A stretch of 63,903 nucleotides of DNA, filler included, from Octopus bimaculoides (GCF_001194135.2; 8 parts of 7 records of this genome joined end to end with filler, not necessarily neighbours in it), one strand, 5' to 3'. Shown: positions 14,200 to 27,272, counted from the first letter of the whole stretch. The notes: a model not told the origin generated them from the letters alone. Numbers and translations: made by a program.

Positions 14200-15230
14200 G
14201 CTCTTGAGTGCTACTGGTAACATGTAATCCAGTGCAACCTGTCGCATGGTGGGGTCGTCGGCGACTAAACTGGTAACCCCACCAGGCTTACTTCGTGAGG
14301 AGGGTCTTGTTGGACACCCTGCGGGATGAAAAATAAAACCTGTTACAGGGCGCATGAACGCCTGAATAGTCAACGGCCATTCAACAAATTGTTTGTAAAT
14401 ATGTATATACCATTTTTATATGTGTTGATGTATATTTTTACTCTCTCTATATATATTTATTATTTTATGTCTTTTAATTGCATATCTTTTGCTTTTCTTT
14501 ATACAATATTATTTATATGTAATTCTTATTCACACAACGGACCTTTGTTTATTTTTTATTTTTGTTATTTGTATTTTTTATATGTATATTTTTACTTTTA
14601 TATATATACTTTGAGCCCGAATCCAGAAAACGTGGCTAACGGGGCTCTGTTATTGCAAGTCCTCAACGACGGATCTGTTCCTACTGAAGGCGAATGAGGG
14701 TGATGCCATGCAAGCTGGCTATAAAGGCGGACTACAACAAGCTGGTGTTCCGGAAGCTTGTTATAAGAAGCCTGCGAACAGGACCGGACGGGCTGGTCCC
14801 AAGGCGACGGGGGCAGACTAGGATGCATTTGGAAGCTTTTAGTTGGAGCTCTGCACGGCATAAGTAAGATGGTCGTTGTTAGATGGATCCGTGGATGAAC
14901 CTAGACGTTGTGTGCAACGCCTATTGTCGGGCTGGACTCCAGGTCAACACCAAGAAAACAGAGATCCTTCAACGCTCCAAAAATAGTTCACTCCCTGTGA
15001 TTCTTTCGATCCAAGAGAACCAGCTAAAGAACACCGAGAAATTCATCTATTTGGGTAGCATCATTTCAAGCAATGGTGTCATTGACCACGAAATTCAGAA
15101 TTGCATCTACCTTGCCTCCTCCGATTTTGGACGTCTCAAGGATAGGGTCTTTCTTAATCGTGATTTAAATCTCTCCACAAAAATCGTGGTTTATCGTGCT
15201 GTTGTAGTTTCCACTTTATCGTACAGCAAC
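14200..15230 (+). mobile_element. RTE-clade LINE, internally deleted (5' UTR joined to RT C-terminal region)
   Basis: ORF 14883-15266: CNAYCRAGLQVNTKKTEIL...EKFIYLGSIISSNGVIDHEIQNCIYLASSDFGRLKDRVF...LSTKIVVYRAVVVSTL is a typical RTE RT C-terminus. The upstream sequence resembles an RTE 5' UTR. Confidence 0.8.
14215..14275 (+). ncRNA. Candidate HDV-like self-cleaving ribozyme in RTE 5' UTR
   Basis: In HDV order: P1 aacat/atggt (one mismatch), P2 ccagt(14229-33)/actgg(14269-73), P3 gca/cgc (one mismatch), L3 acctgt with CC for P1.1 GG(14251-52), P4 tcg-tcgg-cga, J4/2 CTAA. Confidence 0.55.
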
Positions 15231-16689
15231 AGTTATAATAAACTCAGTAGTTACAAAAAAAACTAACGTAATTTTTAAATGAACCTGATAACAGTGCCGC
15301 ATTAACAATTACAGCAGCATTAGCTGTTCATTTCCGGAATTACAATGATAGCCGGTGGTAAAATATTGCACGTTTCGCGAAACCTACGTTTCGTAGACCA
15401 GGAGAGAAAAAATACAAATATTGTGATAAGTAAAAGACAAAGGGGTTGGACTACAGTAGTCACTTTTCCTGTAGTGGACGAGATTATTAAATCAAAACAA
15501 AATTTTACATTAAACTATAAAATTTGTATAAAATATCAAGAGATGAAGCACAAAACATACTACGTAAACTACATAAAATATAGTTAGGAGCATTTACGGG
15601 AGTGATTTGTAATAACATGAATAGAAGGAATAAAATTCTTTCTGAATTGAAAGTGTAAATTTACAACTGTTGCTTCGTGTTTGACGTCAGAGAATCTTAG
15701 ATATAGAAGTCCGATCATGTATGGTCTCCTTTTTCTTCCGACATAAAATGGAATTCCATTAGAATTAAATTATATTTTAGAATATAGGAATACACTTGAC
15801 CGGTTTTACATTAGAATTTCAAAAGTGTATAATATATGGAATTGTGCTGCGGATTATGTCTATTCTGGCCGCTGTTATAAAAATAGTTTCCCTTAGAAGT
15901 AGCAATGTGGCTGAGATTGCTATCCATTAACATGCAAATTGATTAGGCAACGTTGATGTGTTTTGGTTCATATGGCAGTTGGATGAGAGGATCATAAAAC
16001 AACTTTTCTCTTTTGCATATGTCATATGACAGTTAAAGAAGGAAGATATAAGTGATTAGCTGACTACCTGGTAATTCCAGGGAAAGAGTGGCATATCCAC
16101 TGGTTCCGTTTTCATATTTGTTTCGCTAATTCAATAAAACAATACAAAGTATGTAGCCCTTAAAACGGCTTTTGTGCTTTTACAGAGGACTGTCTTACCT
16201 GTCTTACACAGGATCTTGTTTTTAGGAATTCCCAATAAGTTATGAATACTCAAATTGCGAAGTCAGTTCTGTAATAAAATGAAATTAGTTACCCGATAGT
16301 AAGACTTCAAATAAAGTAGTCCCAAAAAGGGTTTTAATGAGTTCCCAGAGTATAGAACAGAGAAGGAAATGCTAATAAGGTATGTATAGTGAAGTCGTGA
16401 AGCATGTTACGTAATAACAGGTTAATCAGATATGAGATAATACCATTTCAAAGTAAATAACTCTGAAAAGGGCTTTTGTGCGTTCCCAGAGAATATTACC
16501 CCGAGGGGAGCTAGCCTTGGTATATTCGTGAATAATCACTAACCGAAATAAGTGGATCTATTGTTTAGGAAAATACTATTTACTTGTTTAAGGGCTGTAC
16601 TCGATAAATTGCGAAACTAACTCTAACAGTTCAAACACTTAGAAATAAGCATACTGAATTTGATCTATACCAAATTATTTAGGAAAATG

Positions 16690-16880
16690 AATGGGTTATT
16701 TCCCTTGGTTATATATAAGGATCCCTTCCAGAGCCCCTATTATCAATTTCTTCAATAACCTGAGTATGCCATGAGGTTTCCAGACATGAGTTCTACTCAC
16801 CTGTCAAGTTTCATCAAAATCGATAAAACGATGCAGGAGTTAGCTAACAACTCCACAAAAACACCCACAGACAGAATTTC
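16690..16880 (+). mobile_element. Helitron-like non-autonomous element 3' end (tentative)
   Basis: caagtttcatcaaaatcg...ggagttagc...cacagacaga...tatgtagtggat resembles ends of invertebrate non-autonomous Helitron-like repeats; recognised from memory only. Confidence 0.3.
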
Positions 16881-16954
16881 TCACATATGTAGTGGATAAA
16901 ATAATTGTTTACATAAGAGTGTTATGACAAAATATTGTTTATTATTCTGTCAAA

Positions 16955-17180
16955 GGTCAAGTCGCGTGGTTAAGTGGTTAGTGCATTGGACTCATGAACA
17001 TAGGATTATGGTTCCGATTTGAACTGAGCGACACGTTATGTTCTGGAACAAACACTTAATTTCACGTAGTTAATCCTTCGACAACCGCCATCCCATGCAA
17101 ATGGGAAATACGCATGCCATGGAAACTGGAAAACCGACCTTATGAGTCTATATAACTCGGGAAGGTTGTTTATACTTTAA
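16955..17180 (+). mobile_element. tRNA-derived SINE (second family)
   Basis: A-box-like gtggttaagtggttagtg and B-box-like ggttccgattt; homologous to the minus-strand copy at 49865-50112. Confidence 0.7.
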
Positions 17181-18203
17181 TTCTGTCAAAGAATAACGTT
17201 GTCAATTAGTACTAGCTCCCTCCCTTTGTACATGTTAAAATATCCATTCTTTGTTAAAAAGATGTTGGGTAAGTATGACAACAAGATGTGGAGTGAAAAA
17301 GACAGATGATAGCTGCTACAGGGATTTTAGCTTCCTTAAGAACTGGCACAAGTAGAGATTCTACAATAATTAATTCATATGAAAAACCAAATCATGTATT
17401 ACTGATGTTTTTATTATCTGTCCAGCAGTGGCTTTTGTCTTTTTCATAAACGAACTTTCCTTATTAATTCTTGTTTGATGTGGGGTATTGTCTGCACTTT
17501 GATAAAGTGGAAATAAAAGAAATTTGGGAAATTTGATTTTCGCACATGTGTCTAGATGATCACTAGGATAATTTGTCTACTTTCTATAACAACAGCCAGG
17601 ATAGACAAAGTTACCAACACAATGTAACATACTATAAACTTTTGAAAATCAAATGGGAAACCGGTCAAGTTTATACCTATATTTTAAAACAAGATTAAAT
17701 ACTTATTAACTCTAATATATTCATATATTCTCTGTACGTTTTCGATTTTATTTCTTCTGTTCCTCCACTTGTTTGGATTAATAACTATACATATATATAT
17801 AGAGAGAGTAAAGTCTATTTGCCAACGTAAAGTGGCAGTCCTGATTAGAACGGTGTTACTATCTTTGTTCAGACACAGGGAAACATCATTTCCAGCTGGC
17901 TATCGAGGCACAACTGCGTCATTNNNNNNNNNNNNNNNNNNNNNNNNNNNNNNNNNNNNNNNNNNNNNNNNNNNNNNNNNNNNNNNNNNNNNNNNNNNNN
18001 NNNNNNNNNNNNNNNNNNNNNNNNNNNNNNNNNNNNNNNNNNNNNNNNNNNNNNNNNNNNNNNNNNNNNNNNNNNNNNNNNNNNNNNNNNNNNNNNNNNN
18101 NNNNNNNNNNNNNNNNNNNNNNNNNNNNNNNNNNNNNNNNNNNNNNNNNNNNNNNNNNNNNNNNNNNNNNNNNNNNNNNNNNNNNNNNNNNNNNNNNNNN
18201 NNN

Positions 18204-18263
<60 letters not shown>

Positions 18264-18476
18264 GCACATACATACAATTATAATGATGCAGTGTAACCTC
18301 ATAGTAATAATTTGAAATCATTTAATAGGTTTCTCGATAACCTACACTCTCTCAATTAGTCATAATGCATAATATATGATAGGAAATACATCAATACGTA
18401 AACCTTTTTCAGTTCAAGCGTTTTAAAAATTCCGGTACTGTGCATCCTTTCTTAGAATATCATGAAATATCTATCC

Positions 18477-18555
<79 letters not shown>

Positions 18556-18636
18556 CATCTATGTATAGAGATGCATAGATGTATCTCTCTCTCTGTATAT
18601 ATATATATATATACATAAACAAACATAGGTGCGTAC

Positions 18637-18682
<46 letters not shown>

Positions 18683-19509
18683 AAATTTTACTTCCGTTAA
18701 TTACATAAGAAATGCAAATCTTGATTGTTATTACAACACAGATTCTATGTATTTTGTTAAAGAAAATTATAAGAGCGAATCTCATCTTAATGTAGCGTGT
18801 TGAATAGTTCATATAAATTTGGTTGAGATGCTATAACTCTTGTTCTCGTATTTTCTTATGACCTTGTTTACAAAAGTGAATCTCTTCTATTGGATACAGT
18901 CGGTTATCATGATCCAAGAAAAGGTATAAAAATTCAGGAAGAATTATATGTATATGGTATTTCGTACAATTCAGCGAGACTCGATGAACAAAGCTAATTT
19001 CATTTGTTACATGATTTGGCAAAGTATCTGTGAATTTACGTGTTGCAAGTAACTCGAAATAGGATAACTTAACACGGTTTTCTGTACAATTCCAAATACT
19101 GGGTACAGCAGCAATACATATATAAGCTATAATTTTATCCATAACATTTCATATGTGCAAATTTATTAACTTTACAAATTTCTTATTAGCAACAATATAA
19201 CCTAATACAGTCCATTCCTATACTGTATCCTTCTTCCCACTGACAATATTCTTTCTCACTACTTGTCACATAGTATTTTCTTCATATATAGGATATTTCA
19301 CCGGTGGTACTCATTGTAATTTTGGATATTCGAGTGATGAAGGTGCAGTAAATTGCAATCCGGTACAGTTTACAGAGTTGTATATATTTACCATATCCTA
19401 CTTGATAAATCGTTTATGAATACCCAAAATATTAATGTTCGGAGATGTCACATACACAAATAGAGCGCGCATTCACTAAATACTCGCACAATTAGTTAAA
19501 ACCTGTTGT

Positions 19510-19574
<65 letters not shown>

Positions 19575-19829
19575 TAATTTTGAGACTAGTACTTGGGTGT
19601 TGAATTTCTTCCACGATAATTAACAACTAATTATCAAAAATTACAATGTGCGGAAAGAGACCTTGTCAGACCTTTGGCAACAAGCTTCAGTACGCTCTCA
19701 CAGAATCAACCAGAACAAACAATACCGAGCGCTCTGAGATGTAAAACAACAACAACAGCGACGACGACAACACCAACAACAACAATAACAGCAACAGTAA
19801 TAATAATAGTAACACAACAATTATAGATA

Positions 19830-20205
19830 ATGAAAAGCGAAGTTGGTTACTGTCGACCCATCATACCCGTTTGATTCCAGGATCGTAACAGAAAGAGAAC
19901 GGAAATAAATAAATACAATCCCTTCAAATTTGAACTAGGAAGAATTTGGAGCATGCGACCAGTAAAGGCTATGCCTATAATAATTGGTGCGTTGGGAACA
20001 ATAAACAAAAATATAGACAAATTGCTCAAGGAGATTGGAATCGAATGCCCGGTGGAACTCCTACAAAACGTTTGTCTCTTAGGGACAGCAAGGAGGGTAA
20101 TAAGCACTTGAAAGACAGCTGAATACTTGTGGCTACCTAAGGTTATAGATATTAACCCACGTAAATTCTACAAGGAATAAAACCTAACCTGAGCCAAACC
20201 AAAGC

Positions 20206-20269
<64 letters not shown>

Positions 20270-20270
20270 G
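19830..20270 (+). mobile_element. R4/Dong non-LTR retrotransposon 3' end with (AAT)n tail
   Basis: EINKYNPFKFELGRIWSMRPVKAMPIIIGALGTINKNIDKLLKEIGIECPVELLQNVCLLGTARRV*, then 3' UTR and (AAT)n. Confidence 0.85.
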
Positions 20271-20729
20271 CAATTAAGGCCAATAGGCCAGATATAGTTG
20301 TCAGAGATCATGAAGGAAGAAAATGCTTTCTAATTGATGTATCAATACCAGCAGATGACAACGTTTCCCTAACAGAAATGGTGAAACTTTCAAAATACAA
20401 AGACCTGGAAATCGAATGTGGAATCTAAAAACAGAAACAATTCCTACCATAGTAGGCGCCTTAGGTATGATAAAAAAAATATTCAGACAAATACATAACA
20501 AAAACACCAGGACTTACTAATATATATAACATACAGAAAATTGCACTACTGGGCACTGCACAGATCCTACTCAAAACACTTTCAATACAGTAACCATAAG
20601 AGCATCACAGCAAACCACAGCACATACCCAAGGCACACAGAGCTGCTCTCGGTAGTGAAGTGAAAGCACGCCATAAAAATAAAACTACTGAATAATAATA
20701 ATAATAATAATAATGATAATAATAATAAT
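20270..20729 (+). mobile_element. R4/Dong non-LTR retrotransposon 3' end (RLE domain) with (AAT)n tail
   Basis: AIKANRPDIVVRDHEGRKCFLIDVSIPADDNVSLTEMVKLSKYKDLEIE...IVGALGMIKK...IQKIALLGTAQIL; PD..D restriction-like endonuclease motif, frameshifted. Confidence 0.9.
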
Positions 20730-20829
20730 NNNNNNNNNNNNNNNNNNNNNNNNNNNNNNNNNNNNNNNNNNNNTTAATTAATTAANNNNNNNNNNNNNNN
20801 NNNNNNNNNNNNNNNNNNNNNNNNNNNNN

Positions 20830-20862
<33 letters not shown>

Positions 20863-21924
20863 GGGCGTGTGTTTGTGTTTCTGTGAAGAAGGGTATTTAT
20901 TCCATAATACTAGGAGGAGTTCTTATTATAAAAATGTGATTAAGCAAAGAAAGGACAGAAAAAGAAGCAGAGAAAATTGTATGAAAGTAAAACGAAGGAA
21001 CGTTTACACGTCACACTCAATACCGATATCAATGTTAATAACAGCAATGTTTAAATATTTTAATTTTATTTTTAAAATAATATTTAAAAATCTTATTACC
21101 AGCGTAATAGCATTTCTTATCTTTTCAGTCTCGTATTTTAATATAATATTAATTTTTAATTTAATATTTTGATAATACCATCATAATAACATTACTTATC
21201 TTTATGTTTTATATTATTAACAAGCATATAGATATATTGACTTAACGTTTTGTCTTTTATTTTTCATTGAAAAAACGACAAACCCAGCAAATGCATGTTA
21301 TAAAGGGGAGTGAAAACAAACCTATTGACACGAAAATCATGGACGATCACTTCACAAGATTTTCAGTATCGGCATTTTTCTTTATTTCTTATATTCCTTT
21401 ACATTTTTATTTTTTAATATTTACTTACTACTTTCGGTATTTTCTCTTATCTTCTTGTTGTAACCACTTACACTTTTCTAATAGGAAGCCCTGCCAATTT
21501 TATAAAATAACTGCTTCTCATTTGCATTGTTAACACAGAAAATAATATATTGCTATAACAAATTCTTACGGTGGCTGATAACTTTCCCCAGTTGGATTGA
21601 AACAGGTTTACACTCACAATTTAGACATTTACTAAGCAGATATGCCCACAGACTCATACGCACGCACACACGCACACAAACACACTGACGCACACATATA
21701 TAGTTGAAAAGGGGTTAAGAATCTGTACAAATAGAAAGTTATAGTTAGAAAATATACATGGAAATAGTACGGAAGTATGTTTCAGTTTTTTTTAAAACTT
21801 TTTTCACCTTTTAATAGGATTGGATAGTTATTTTTATATTTTTTACATTAAGTAACCTTCATAAAATATCATCGGTTTCGATGTATGTGTACATCTTATG
21901 AAATATTAGAAATTTGAAGTCACA

Positions 21925-22330
21925 GCGCAGGCGTGCCTGTGTGGTAAGAAGGCTGCTTCCCAGCCATATGGTCCGGGTACAGTCCCACTGCATGGCACCT
22001 TGAGCAAGTGTCGTCTCCTCTAGGCTCGGGCTGACCAAAGTCTTGTGAGTTGATTTGCCAGACGAATCTGAAGGAAGTCAGTCATATATGTGTGCGTGCG
22101 TGTGTGTGTGTGTGCATGTGTGTGTGTGTGCATGCGTGTATGTGTGAGTGTGTGTGCATGTGTGTTTGTGTCAGTGTGTATAAGCTTTTTGCGTTCGTGT
22201 TTGTCCCCCACCACCGCTTGCCAACAGTCCATTAGTGTGTTTACGTACCAGTAACTTAGCGTTTTGGCGAAAGAACAGAGTGATAAGGTTCGGCTTGAAA
22301 GAGCAAATAAGGCTTTAAAAAGCGAATAAG
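21925..22330 (+). mobile_element. tRNA-derived SINE with internal (TG)n
   Basis: Head gcaggcgtg.ctgtgtggtaagaag, ttgagcaagtgtc, internal TG repeat, tgtttgtccccc..cgcttg.caac...gtaacttagc; same family as 57086 and 63600. Confidence 0.85.
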
Positions 22331-23479
22331 GAAATATTGGAAATTAAAACAGTGTGTTCCCATATTCTGTGCATAGTTAAGAACATGTTTGGTGCAACGG
22401 AAGCAGTATCTGTAATGAATAGCAACCCTTATTTCGAACGTAACATGGATATACTTTGGGAACACCATAACACCGTTCTGAGAAAGCTATTCGTATAAGC
22501 ATATAGTGCTAAAACGCAGCGGAAAAAAATCCCCTATCAGCAGTGGAATTACTAAATCACGTGATGTCTGTTTGTAATTCATCAGTTGTAATTATCCACT
22601 ATCATTCTGTGGTAGTCAAATTTCGTCCGAACTGATATGTAGAAAAATAGTGACCAATCAGTTACTAGTGTTATAAATAGAGAGCTGTTCAAAAAGCCTG
22701 GTATTTGACAGTCACTTATTAGTGCCTTTAAGTATGAGCTGACAATAACAGTCTCGAGACAGATGGAAACTCATGTACATAGAAGTACTGATGACTGAGG
22801 CTTGCATGAGGAACAAATTCCTAACGTCCAAGAAAGGTCAAAAGTAAGTTCTTTGTACTTAGTAGGAGTCAGCTGTCAGGCGTCATTGAGAAACTATTGA
22901 GGAGACTGGAAAGGTGTTTCGTTACAGTATGAGACACATCATATATCTGAGCGTCGAACAAGTGATGGAAACTTGACAAGCAACACTAGGCAAATCCACT
23001 GAACGCTTAGATACATTGACATAGCATTCTTGCGAAGATTATCTGTCTACAATTGCCCTTTAGGGGGTCTTGATATCTACAGTAAATGATTTTGAGATAC
23101 GGGTCAGACGATTCCCTCCGAAGAAGCAGACAATACCTAAGATCTTGATCAAAATTGACCTATACGTGTAAAGCAACACGTTGATGCTCTCCGTAAGCAA
23201 CATGAAAGAAAGCCATATATTTACCTGTACAAGTATACTGAAATGCAGAAAATACTGTGATCCAAATGTCTCTTATATTATTATTGAGAGGATAACTATA
23301 CGGAAATCGAGGGTAGAAGGAGCAGATGTTGTGCTGTCGTAATGTCACGACTAATACAAAGTATCATCAGGCATGGTTATGTGTGGAAGAGCAGGCCGAA
23401 ATAACATAACAATGTCTTGTGACAATAAGGCACATAAAAAGAGGAGTCTGATGGCTGAAGCTGTAGTGTGTGTATGTAA

Positions 23480-24150
23480 CAAGAGAGAGTGAGCAGTATC
23501 TTTGGCAACTATGCGCCTGGACAAGACAGAATCAAAAAGTGGTACGTAGAACTTATGATTCGACTATTGGGACGCCTAGATCTAAACAAAAAAAGATCAG
23601 CCTGTCGATGGAATTATAGCAAATCCATTGATTCTTCTACAAAGGGAAGGCGGACTCTTTTTTTTTTACGGAAATTGATTCTGAAAAGCATTTTCAATTG
23701 TTCCAAATCTTAGCGGACACCAACTGCGGTTGGATTAGTCATTGCTAGCGACTCCGCCTAGTGCAAAGAAGCAGCGAACCACTGCAGTGTGGAATTTTCC
23801 ATCACGGATATCAGATTCGCGATCCTGTTTTCTGATAGCAGGATTGTGTATCTGTAATAGACACCCACATGTATTTTTATGTGCCTTCTTATTGTCACAA
23901 GACTACGAGATAAAAGGGAAATGGAAGACGAATTTTAGGCGCTCAAATACTAGAGCAATAAGATCTCTAATACCCAACCTGGCGTTGATCACAGAAATTT
24001 CCAAGTAAATAATTTATCACAATTCACTGTTCCTTGCGAAGATCACCTTCAAGAGTCAATGGGGAGAATAGGGCAATATATATTGAACTTCTCGTGGCGA
24101 TGGATACTGCTAGTTGATTAAGATAGAATGCAGATGTTTCGAAATCACGC
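23480..24150 (+). mobile_element. Highly decayed Tx1/L1-like LINE (APE endonuclease region)
   Basis: SIFGNYAPGQD (VYAP-like) and a later GKWKTNF (G.WKLN motif) in the expected order; many lesions. Confidence 0.4.
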
Positions 24151-24544
24151 ATGTGATCATGACCCACAATGGAATGAATATCACATCGGCTATTATAAGA
24201 ACGGCCATAAAATAATCCACAAAAACAGCATATGTTACTTCAAGTGGTTATAGATGGAATAGTACGATCTGTAGTGACGCTACCTGAACAAATTTGACCA
24301 CAAATCGAGATTTGATCAGCAAAATATGACGGTGACTTATTTTTGAAAGACCTACAAATAATTTTGGTATCAGTTAGCATCATTGATGAATTCTGAAGTG
24401 ATTATAAAAACGTGCGTGCATAAACGTACATAAACACACGTACGCACACACTCACACACACTCACACACACACATACACACACATGCACACACACAAGTT
24501 GTGTATACGTTTGTGAATCCGTAATGAACACCCATATATATGTA

Positions 24545-25794
24545 TTGGGTTGGCAACTAAGTTCCCGCGGTTTTTTTTTAATTGGGGAATTTATTGCGTT
24601 TTTAAATTTTGGAATCAATTTTTTTCGAGAATTTTGAATCATTTTGGAATCTATTTTTTTTCGAGAATTTTGAATCATTTTGGAATCTATTTTGTTTTTC
24701 TTTATCTAGTTAAGTTTAGTTAATCTTTGTTTATTTTCAGATCATTAAAATGGAATGTCAAGTTAAGAAAAACGAACATTTTCGACACCTTCTTTTTGCT
24801 TTTAATCAAGGTTCTAAGGCCGCAAAAGCTGCCCGCGACATTTGTGCTGTGTATGGAGAGGGTGCCATTGCTGAAAGAACCGTGATTAGTATGCCAAGTT
24901 CAAAAATGGAAATTTTGACCTCAAAGTCGCACCTCGTTCTGGCCGTCCAGTTGAGTTCGATGAAGAGCGATTAAACCAAATTTTGCACGAAAATTCTCGT
25001 CAAACGACAAGGGAACTAGCAGAAACGCTCCTTCACTCGATGGGAAAGGTTCAGGAGTATGGAGCATGGTTCCGCATGCTTTAAGTAACAACAACAAAAA
25101 TCAACGAGCCGCAATGTCCGCTGGTTTGCTTGCTCGTCACCGCTCAACTCATGGACACAAGCAACGATTTCTTTGGCGATGAAAACTGGTGCCTGTACAT
25201 TAATATGAAGCAGCGTAAGGAATGGCTTAACCCCGGTAAACAAGCGATACCGCGCGTGAAACAAGATCTTCATCCGCGTAAAACGATGTTTTACATATGG
25301 TGGGACTGGGAAGGAATTAACCATTACAAATTGCTTGAACGGAACCAAACGGTCAACGCGGAACTCTATTTTCAACAGATGGAACGACTCAACACGGCTA
25401 TTCAAGGGAAAAGATCTAATCGGCAACATGGAGTTCTTCTGCTGCACGACAACACCCGCCCTCATATCGCCAATATGAACAAGGAAGCCATTCAAACGCA
25501 TGGCTGGGAAGTGCTACCACACCCGCCGTACTCTCCTGATTTGGCACCAACTGATTTCCACCTCGTTCGATCTCTTTCAAATGTGATGCAGAATTGAGAG
25601 CTTAGTTAGATCAATTTTTCGAGTCGACTTCGGGTGATTTCTACCTACGAAGTATTGAAAATCTTGTTCAACGTTGCGAAGAAGTTGTAAACAACAAGAG
25701 TGAATACATTATTGATTAATTAGTTGTTATTTTTTATTAAACCTTAGAAAAAAATTAATTTTAAAAAACAGCGGGAACTTAGTTGTCAACCCAA
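24545..25794 (+). mobile_element. Mariner transposon (DD34D, mellifera-like TIR), near full length
   Basis: TA|ttgggttggcaactaagttcccgcggtttttt ... aaaaaacagcgggaacttagttgtcaacccaa|TA: about 30-bp TIRs with 2 mismatches, 1250 bp in total. Confidence 0.97.
24750..25719 (+). pseudogene. Mariner transposase, frameshifted
   Basis: MECQVKKNEHFRHLL...GDENW...WWDWEGI...HDNTRPH...HPPYSPDLAPTDFHL; 34 residues between the 2nd and 3rd catalytic Asp; ends EYIID* at 25717-19; several indels. Confidence 0.95.
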
Positions 25795-26126
25795 TATACA
25801 TACAGATAGATACACCTTAATCTACACAGGAGACACACACATACTAACATACATACAGACATATGTTCATACATACAAACATATATTCATGCATACATAT
25901 ATAAAAACACTCATACACACGCACACTCTCACACCCAAACACGCACACACATACATATACACATGCTATTTCGGTTAGGAACATTGGATCTCGAAGTTGA
26001 TAATAAAGCTTTAAATAGTAATGTGTAAATAGTGGATTAAAATACCTTTTGAATGAAAAATGTTGATGGTTTACTCCTCAGCTCCGAAGTTTATAAATGT
26101 TTATGAAGTCATCAACATATACATAC

Positions 26127-26177
<51 letters not shown>

Positions 26178-26212
26178 TGTGTATGTGTGNNNNNNNNNNN
26201 NNNNNNNNNNNN

Positions 26213-26272
<60 letters not shown>

Positions 26273-26455
26273 TGTGTTGTGCATATGCGTGTATGCAAAC
26301 ACATGAAATTATATTTGTTATGTACTTAGAGTTAGTTGGACTTTACGTCGTCTCTGCATTCAGCAGTTATCAGTTTACGATGGAATGAAACAATGAAGGC
26401 TATATTTGAATCGATAAACACATTTTCATACGTACATCGAACTTTTCTCTGTGTA

Positions 26456-26498
<43 letters not shown>

Positions 26499-26865
26499 AT
26501 ATACACTCATGTGTACATTTTACTGAGTTACAGAAACAAGACAATGATTAACACTCAGTATCCGGAGAAGGATATTTGTACAAGCATTCGATGGCGCGGT
26601 ACGATAAGAATCATTCAACAGTTGCATATATCATAAGCATCAGAAGCCATTGTATGATTGTCTAGCTTTTCTATCCGATGCTAACAAAACAAAATGAGCT
26701 TGAATTGCATGCATCGGTCCACAGGTGGCGCTCTGCGATTACTTTTACTGTTTTAACAACTATGGCCTAAAACTAGGAACTTTTTGCACGCCAAAATCGA
26801 AGCTGAGATTCACTTTTTATAGATCAAATATGTTCCGAACCGTTTTGAACTGATTTAAAACTGTA

Positions 26866-26911
<46 letters not shown>

Positions 26912-27272
26912 TGTGTATGTGTGTGTGTGTTTGTACATGCATGCATACATGTATATTTATTTAATTTTAAATAGAGTCAATTACTTATGCTTTCGTACAT
27001 GTTCGTAATGAAACAGATAACCTTCGATTGTTTATACAATTGCTGAGGCTTCATTGAGCCAATGGTTTTCAATTTCAAGGTTCTGTTGCTTTCTGTTATA
27101 TCTTGTTTTATTTTGTCGTCCCTTAACGTTTGATCGTTTTTGCCACCGTCTTCTGCGTTCGTTCATTTATTTTCAACAGATCTTTGCTGTTCTTACGATC
27201 AAAATAAACAATCCTATCGTCAAAGACGCGAAACTGTCGTGAATTTTGGCCGATAACCGACGAGGGAAGACA

